In this document: positions 57,197 to 64,000 of the stretch, piece by piece
Numbering within the stretch: position 1 is the stretch's first letter
Layout: every line of letters starts with the position of its first letter
Assembly (NCBI GenBank): GCA_017654855.1
Contig: CM030332.1
Location: 4,898,001 to 4,962,000 of the forward strand
DNA from: Podospora anserina
Lineage: Eukaryota
DNA length: 64,000 nt
Reading direction: 5' to 3'
Program-made: the position numbers and the translations under genes
Notes under the pieces: model-generated
Database searches by the model: none
What the model saw: only the letters and a program-made list of their open reading frames with translations
Told to the model about the DNA's origin: nothing

Positions 57197-59547
57197 ATGG
57201 CAACCACACCGTCACCGTCACCACAGGCGGAGAAGCTGAACGTAATCGCCCTCATCTCCGGCGGCAAGGACTCGTTCTATTCCCTGCTTCACTGCCGGGA
57301 GAACGGCCACCGGGTCGTGGCCTTGGCTAACCTCTTCCCCTCCGCCGCGGGAACGGGAACCGGCACAGGCCGGACAAGCCCGTCGTCTTCCGTATCCGAC
57401 GATGCGGCCCCACCTCCCGGAGCTACCATCCCTGATCAAGAGGATGAGGACCTCAACAGCCACATGTACCAAACCGTGGGCCACAGCATCATCCCCCTCT
57501 ACACCGAAGCCACCGGCATCCCCCTCTACCGGAAGGCTATCAGCTCCTACGGTGCGACCCAGCGCGGGAAGGATTACTCGCACTATGTCTCCACTCCGGA
57601 GGAGGTCAACGAGAGGAAGCATGACGAGACGGAGTCGATGTTCTGTTTGCTCAAGGGGATCAGGCAGAGGCATCCAGAGGTGAATGCGGTTTGTGCGGGG
57701 GCGATTCTCAGCACGTATCAGCGGACGAGGGTTGAGTCGGTGGCTGTGAGGTTGGGGTTGACGCCTTTGGCGTACTTGTGGAAGTTTCCTACTTTGCCTG
57801 CTAGTCCGGGGGGTGATGATGGGCAGCTGTTGCTGGATATGGAGCAGGCCGGGTTGGAGGCGAGGATTATAAAGGTTGCGAGCGGGGGGTTGGAGGAGGG
57901 GGATTTGTGGGTTAATGTTGCGAGTAGGGAGGGAAAGGACAAGGTGGAGAGAGGGATGAAGAAGTATGCTTTTGGGGGACGGTTGGATGAGGGGGCCGTG
58001 ATTGGGGAAGGAGGTGAGTTTGAGACGTTGGTTGTGGATGGGCCGGGGGGGTTGTTTAAGAAGAGGGTTGTGGTTGAGGAGGAGGGGAGGAGGGTGGTGA
58101 GGGAGGGGGGGGGACAGCTTGGCTGAGTATCACTGGGGCGAGGTTAGAGGTGAAGGAGGAGTTGAGGCATGGGAAAATCAGGGTGCCTGAGATGTGGGAT
58201 AACAAGTTTCAGGCTATCCTTGATACTTTGGCATCGAATGATGAACTGCCAATACAGGATTTGAGTCTTGAAGACGGTCAAGGCAACACCGACGCTGCCC
58301 TTCCCGACCTCACCAAGCTCCAACCCTCCAACATCCAGCACCTAATATTCACCTCCATCGACCACCCATCCGTTCAAGACGAAACAACCTCCGTCACCAC
58401 CCTCATCGAGGCCTACCTCGCCTCCCAATCCCTCCCCTCAACCGTCATCCTCTCCACCACCATTCTCCTCCGCAACATGTCCGACTTTGCCACCATAAAC
58501 CCCATCTACGGCTCCCTATTCCCCTTCCCTAACCCCCCGTCCCGAGTTTGCATCTCCTGCGGGGATCTCCTCCCCAAAGGCATCAACATCGTCATCGCCC
58601 TAGCCCTCTCGGCCACCCCAGACATCCAAAGAGAGGGCCTCCACGTCCAGAGCAGATCCTACTGGGCACCGGCCAACATCGGCCCCTATTCCCAAGCAAT
58701 CACCACCCCTCTCTTTCCCAACTCCCAAGCAAAAGCAGTCAGGATCGCGGGTCAGATCCCCCTCATCCCAGCAACCATGACCCTTCCCCCACCAGAAGAA
58801 GACCTCAACACACAACTCGTCCTCTCCCTGCAGCACCTCTTCCGAATCGGAGTCGAAACCGGCGTGCAGCTGTTCACCTCGGGAGTGGCCTTCTTCCCTC
58901 GCTCCTCCTCCGGGAACATGCAAGAAAAGGTCAAACTTGCAGCCAAAGTTTGGGAGTTGGCACATGCACTCCCCAAAAATGAGGATGATGATGATGAGGA
59001 GGAGGAGGAGGAGGAGGAGGAGGATGAAGATGGTCCAGATATTTGGGATAGGAAATATAACTCGACTTATACCTCGTTTGCCTCGGCCGGCCAGGCCACC
59101 CAGGGGCCGCGGCTCCCAGATTGGAGCGCGGTAAAGACCAAAACTACCATTCCGCCTGTCTTTGTGGCTGAGGTGGAGGAGTTGCCTAGGGGAAGTGGAG
59201 TGGAGTGGCAGGGTCATCTTGGGATTGCCTCTGCTGGGGAAGATAGTGTGGAGATTGTGAAAAGGGGGGAGAGTATCTGGCAGGTTGTGGTGGAGGAGAG
59301 GTTTGTTCAGACTGTGGTTGTTGAGAGGGTGGATAAAGACAGTGTTGATGAGGGTGTTGGGGCGGTGGTGAAGGAGTTGGAGGGGAGGTGGTTGGTGCCT
59401 GTTGTTACCTATTTGGATAAGGGGTTTAAGTACAGATTGGGCGAGGAAGGGAAGGGGTTGGTTGTGCCGTGTAGGAGTTTGTGGGATGGGAAGGGGGGGA
59501 GGGTGGGGATGGTGAGGGTTTGGGAGGGGGTTTTGAGGGAGGATTGA
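57197..59547 (+). CDS. DPH6: Diphthine-ammonia ligase (N-terminal ATP pyrophosphatase + C-terminal RidA/YjgF-like domains); apparent 1-nt frameshift in the G-run at 58105-58113
   Basis: IALISGGKDS, MYQTVG, GAILSTYQRTRVESV, IIKVAS, GEGGEFETLVVDGP; second half LHVQSRSYWAPANIGPYSQA, IAGQIPL, VEELPRGSGVEW. One extra G joins the two ORFs (VREGGGTAWLSITGA). Confidence 0.92.
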
Positions 59548-59660
59548 TGGGGAAAGGATATACATTGGGTAGAAGGGTAGACGGAGGGATGGGATATGAA
59601 TGCTATTTTTTATGACTTTTAGATGCACGACGGGTCTATAGAGGTAAAAGTTGAATGAGT

Positions 59661-59692
59661 AATGTGTTAATGTGTTAATGTGTCAATGTGCT
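59661..59692. repeat. 8-nt tandem repeat (AATGTGTT)x4, degenerate
   Basis: aatgtgtt aatgtgtt aatgtgtc aatgtgct. Confidence 0.7.
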
Positions 59693-61806
59693 GATTGGTG
59701 GCTGGAATGAGCAGCTTCCTCATCCCCAGATGGAAGGAGCAAACCCAGGGCTGGCGCCTGCCTACAATACCCTCGTCTGATGTTGGCGCCTTCCCACATC
59801 AAAGTACACTTGACCACCTATACCTTCCTCTTCTCAGGTCATGGTTGTCATAATTGGCAGTCACGACACACAACATCAAGTCCATGATTTTGTGGCACAC
59901 CTCACCTGGTGTTGTTCATGACTTGTTCTCCGCCATGGTGATTTTGTATACCTAGTCTCCGCTCATTGAAGTTGGGTGAGGGGGGCCAGCCTACCATTGA
60001 TGCCGACAAATCTAGCACGGATAGACATCTTACCTATGTAACACCTCCCCGCTGACTTGGATCGTGTCGCCTGAAGTATCTTCACCGCACGAGGGGTTTC
60101 GAGTGTGTTACAAAGCATGTGTATGACCTATCGACATGGTCATTCCCACCAGCAATGTCAATGAACATGATGCGCGGCCGCCCGAGAGGATGAGGCAAGG
60201 ACAAACTACTTATATATCGGGGTCCGCGGCCCTCTAGTTTTACCTCCTGCCCTGTATCTAAACCTCAGGCCATTCAGATTCCTATATCTGGCAGCATCGT
60301 ATTTCGTAGCTTGATCCTACCTTGGACTATCATCTACCTTTCTATTTATGCTACGGAACTTGCTATCAACCATCGTGGCCTGTCACCCAATACCCACCAA
60401 TGTTTACTGAATCTTTAACAGCCAGGACGGTATGGAGGCATGACCTGAAGAGTGCCAGTACATTGATTCGAAAACCAACGTGACATGTGACAAGGTCTCT
60501 TCGAGATTTGACCCTGCCACGAAAGCTCACATTCGAGAGTTCCACTCTGGAGGCAATCGTAAGCTAGAAGAAGAGGCACTCGAGAATTTACCCTCAGGCA
60601 TGGAGCAGATCAACGCAGAATACAACACATGGGGGGAAATCTTTCCGAAGTCAACCTCCCCGAGAAAGTGTGCCTGAAAATGAACCTCTGGAAAGAGAAA
60701 GGCCTCGCAGAAGACACCGCCACTGACGCAAGGAGGCCCAGGACGATCCAGAGCCGCGAAGGGAAGAGAAACCCAGCACAAAGCGCCGCCACAGAGATAA
60801 GCCGACCACTCGCGACGATCTAGAGCCTCCGAGAGAAGAAAGGGCCCACAGAGAAGACCGTCACAGAACCAAGGAGGATGCGCGGTATCCTGGCGTAAGA
60901 GATTCCATCTCGACGCCAAGTTCTTCTCGGGAGAAGAAATCCGGAGTACTTTGGGCACCTTTGATACCCCCGGGAGTGAGGAGCACTTTGTCGTAAGTGG
61001 CTATTGATCATCGCAATGGTAGGAAATATAGAAACGGTGGTGGGTTGCAAACGAGAAAGTAAGCCGGATGCGGTTTGGACGAACAGGATTTTTTTTGATT
61101 TTAAGAGGTCTCAGATTGCTAGTCAGCTGCTTGGAGACGAGGAATGGTATGGAGATAGCTTGGAAAAATATGATGTTGAGCTGATCTCGATATAGAGGTG
61201 CTTCGAAGATATTCTTGATAACTGTGACTGGTTATGGAGCTTTGATTTCTCTGCAGTTCAAGCAGCTGTATGGTATTTGATAGTTCTCATTCATAATAAT
61301 GAAAATCAAATAAAATCTCTTGATCATCTTCCAAGGCCTGTTCTTCTTTTAAAAAGGCGTAGGTTGATAATAATTACGACAGAAGTGGTCGTGTTTGTTG
61401 GTGTGTTTGGCAAAGGTTTGTTACCTTCCATGCTTGGCTTCGGGGTTAGTCACGCGGCGGCAGGAGGAAAAGAGGAAAGAGGGCGCCTGCATGATGTTTG
61501 AGGCTGACCAGTTTTTGTTGGCCGTTGAGGCACCCGCGCTATTGGTGCACAGCTTGCAGCTTTGTTGATCCAGAGCCTCATCCCGTCGTCTGCGCAGCAG
61601 CTGCAGCTGGCGTAAGTCTTCACCGCTGCAGCCTGGAAATCTGCCTAGTCACGAGCGGATCCCTCTTTTCAACTTCATCTCTGTTTTCCATCTTATACCA
61701 TTGATATCTTCATCGCAACCGCTCACTCAAGGTTTTGGCTTCATTTCCTACCGTACCTTTCCGGTCCTGATAACCCCCGCACATAAATTCAAACATGGCC
61801 CCAATC

Positions 61807-64000
61807 ATGGACGACAACCCCTCCTCCACCAACCCCAACCACCCCGAATCCTCAGAATCAGAGTACGATGGATCATTCATGTCGACACCCGTCGAAGCAG
61901 ACACGGATTCGTCCGACGACAAGAAGCTGACCATCAGCAAGGTCGCCGTGGTGGAAGTTTCCCCATCGCCGGACACCGATAACGCCACTCAAACCATTAA
62001 CCCACCCACAAGCAGGCCACTGTTGGACATATCAGACCCAGGATCTGTTATCAAGGCCGCCAAACTGATTGCGACCTTTGCGAATGAGATCGAGAGACTG
62101 GGCGGTGTCAAGTTTCTGGAGGATCTCGAGAAGATCAGAAACAATCAAACACCACCGAAATCAAACACAGACCCACCAAGTACCTCCATATCTGCCGATC
62201 CAGAGAATCCAAAGCCCGAGGAAGCCAGTGGAAGCCAATCTGGCACCTCCCAAGCCCAGGAGACCAAGGAAGCCCAAACCAGCACAGCCACGGGTGAGAC
62301 CGTTGCCATCAAGGACCACGACGTTCCCGCAAAGGCAGAAGAAATCACTGCCAAGGATCAGGCGGTTCAAGCAGTGCCTCCTGAGAAGGAGAAATCCTCC
62401 CCAGAAGAATCCCCGGCGAAGGACGATGACACAGAAGGTGCCAGGGAGTCTTCCAAGGAAGACCCTCCTAAGGACGCTTCTCTAGACACCACGACAGAGA
62501 AGAAAGATCGGGAATCCTCCGTGGAAGATGGCAAAGAGGATGGCAAGGAAGATGTAATTCCGGAGGGCATAGAAAAGAAGGACGAACCCCAGAAGGATGA
62601 AAGTCCAAAGGAGGAATCTAAGGCGGAGCCCACTGATGATGATCCCAAAGAGACTGATAGTGAAGTCAAGGAGGAAGGGACTAAGGAGGAGGAGGGGGAG
62701 GCGAAGGAGAGCGACGTTAAGGATAAGGCCAAGGAAGGAGAGACCAAAGAGAGCGAGGCCAAGGAAGAGATGACAGATGAGAACAAGCCAGAGGAAGCCA
62801 AGGAGGAGGCTAAGGAGGAGGTCAAGGAGGAAACCCCAGAAGAAGTCAAGCAAGAACCCCCACCAGCGCCGGCGCCCGCTCCGTTACCTTTGCCCGATCC
62901 TCCACACGACCCTTTCAAAGGTGTCAGAGCCGACCCCACCGAAACAGAAGAGATACCCTTGGATGCCAACGGAAAACCAAAGCCGAGCGCCAGCCGGCCG
63001 GGTATGCCCATTCTTCCCGCCCTCGGTCGGAGATGGGTGGCTAAGGAATCTGACGGCGTCGAACTGTTGGCCCCTGAAAAGGAATGGGAGCGCCGCAAAA
63101 AGGAACTGGGCGAGAAGAGCTTAGCGATTGACCAGCTCATGGCCATGGTTGGTCTTGAACAAGTCAAGTCAGAATTTCTTGCCGTCAAGTCTACCATTGA
63201 CGCGGCAAAGAACAGAAGAGGGATGCTTCGAAGACAAGAGTTCAATCTTGCGCTGATCGGCAATCCGGGAACGGGCAAGAAGACGCTGGCGACTATCTAC
63301 AGGACTTTGCTCAAGGAATGCGCCGCATGGTCTTCTGTCAACAGCCCGCACAATGAGAAGCGGTCCGGATTTGACTTTCAGGCGGACAAGGATATTGAAG
63401 GTTTCCACCTGGTGCTAAACAACTACGGCGAGAACTCCAAGGTCTTTGTCTTTATCGACTCCATCGAGGGGATGACGGGTTCCCTCAGGGCAGACCTCTT
63501 GTACACACTGGACCGTCATGCCGAGCGTCTTCGGCTGGTGGTTGTCATTGCTGGTACCGAGACGGCGATGAACAAGCTTTTGGCTTCGCGACCGAGCGGG
63601 AGATGGCAGTTTCCTCGACGGTTGACGATTAAGGATTACGATGACGAACAACTGCGTCTGATCTTTCTCCAGATGGTCCGACACAATGGATTCACCATCG
63701 AAGGGGGGGAGACCGGGCCGTACCCTCGTATTGTGGCCAAACGGGTTGCTCGGAACCGAGAGTCTGGTGGTTTCGCCAACGCCTATGATCTCGTGCTGGC
63801 TTGGGAGAAGATACTGGACCGACAGGCGGCAAGGCTTGACCTGGAGCACGCGGCGTGGAAGGCTGCCGAGGACAAGCGAGTCGAAGAGTGGGAGGCGGTG
63901 CTGGAAAAGAAGCGTGCTAACCTGAGAGAGCTGCTCAAGGAGAATCAGTCTCTGCAGGCAACTAAGGAGTGGTTGACAGAAGAGCTAGAGGTCGCGACTC
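61807..64000 (+). CDS. CbxX/CfxQ (SpoVK-like) AAA+ ATPase-domain protein with a long acidic disordered N-terminus; runs off the window end
   Basis: Open frame from ATG at 61807; IDQLMAMVGLEQVKSEFL, LIGNPGTGKKT, FVFIDS, VVVIAG, FPRRLTIKDYDDEQLRLIF, GGFANA; E/K-rich low-complexity region about 62300-62860. Missing from the ORF track because there is no stop in the window. Confidence 0.85.
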   Translation, partial: MDDNPSSTNPNHPESSESEYDGSFMSTPVEADTDSSDDKKLTISKVAVVEVSPSPDTDNATQTINPPTSRPLLDISDPGSVIKAAKLIATFANEIERLGGVKFLEDLEKIRNNQTPPKSNTDPPSTSISADPENPKPEEASGSQSGTSQAQETKEAQTSTATGETVAIKDHDVPAKAEEITAKDQAVQAVPPEKEKSSPEESPAKDDDTEGARESSKEDPPKDASLDTTTEKKDRESSVEDGKEDGKEDVIPEGIEKKDEPQKDESPKEESKAEPTDDDPKETDSEVKEEGTKEEEGEAKESDVKDKAKEGETKESEAKEEMTDENKPEEAKEEAKEEVKEETPEEVKQEPPPAPAPAPLPLPDPPHDPFKGVRADPTETEEIPLDANGKPKPSASRPGMPILPALGRRWVAKESDGVELLAPEKEWERRKKELGEKSLAIDQLMAMVGLEQVKSEFLAVKSTIDAAKNRRGMLRRQEFNLALIGNPGTGKKTLATIYRTLLKECAAWSSVNSPHNEKRSGFDFQADKDIEGFHLVLNNYGENSKVFVFIDSIEGMTGSLRADLLYTLDRHAERLRLVVVIAGTETAMNKLLASRPSGRWQFPRRLTIKDYDDEQLRLIFLQMVRHNGFTIEGGETGPYPRIVAKRVARNRESGGFANAYDLVLAWEKILDRQAARLDLEHAAWKAAEDKRVEEWEAVLEKKRANLRELLKENQSLQATKEWLTEELEVAT

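Overview
Eukaryotic, intron-containing fungal genomic DNA (GT..AG introns with CTAAC/CTGAC branch sites; gene content and a C-rich 5'/G-rich 3' codon skew suggest a Sordariales fungus such as Podospora, which is an inference). About 15 protein-coding genes can be supported: a secreted type-B carboxylesterase (partial), a PTH11-like membrane protein, a mitochondrial PPR-like protein, RCL1, a DUF1746/Dsc4-like protein, the arginine-specific carbamoyl-phosphate synthetase large subunit (CPA2), a G-patch protein, a secreted FAD lactone-oxidase-like enzyme, a HET-domain protein, a conserved hypothetical protein, a lysine 2,3-aminomutase (KamA-like radical SAM), an MCT-type MFS transporter, a Seb1/MsnA C2H2 transcription factor, DPH6 and a CbxX/CfxQ-like AAA ATPase (partial), plus a Ulp1-like pseudogene. 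No tRNA, rRNA or intact transposon was recognised. Highlights: (1) a spliced, apparently mitochondrion-targeted lysine 2,3-aminomutase with intact catalytic motifs, head-to-head with an MFS transporter; (2) a 2.5-kb intron in CPA2 containing a phased 21-nt repeat array, palindromic 30-nt repeats and possible antisense gene relics; (3) a second array of apparently the same 21-nt repeat family next to the Ulp1-like pseudogene 27 kb away. Exon boundaries were derived by eye.
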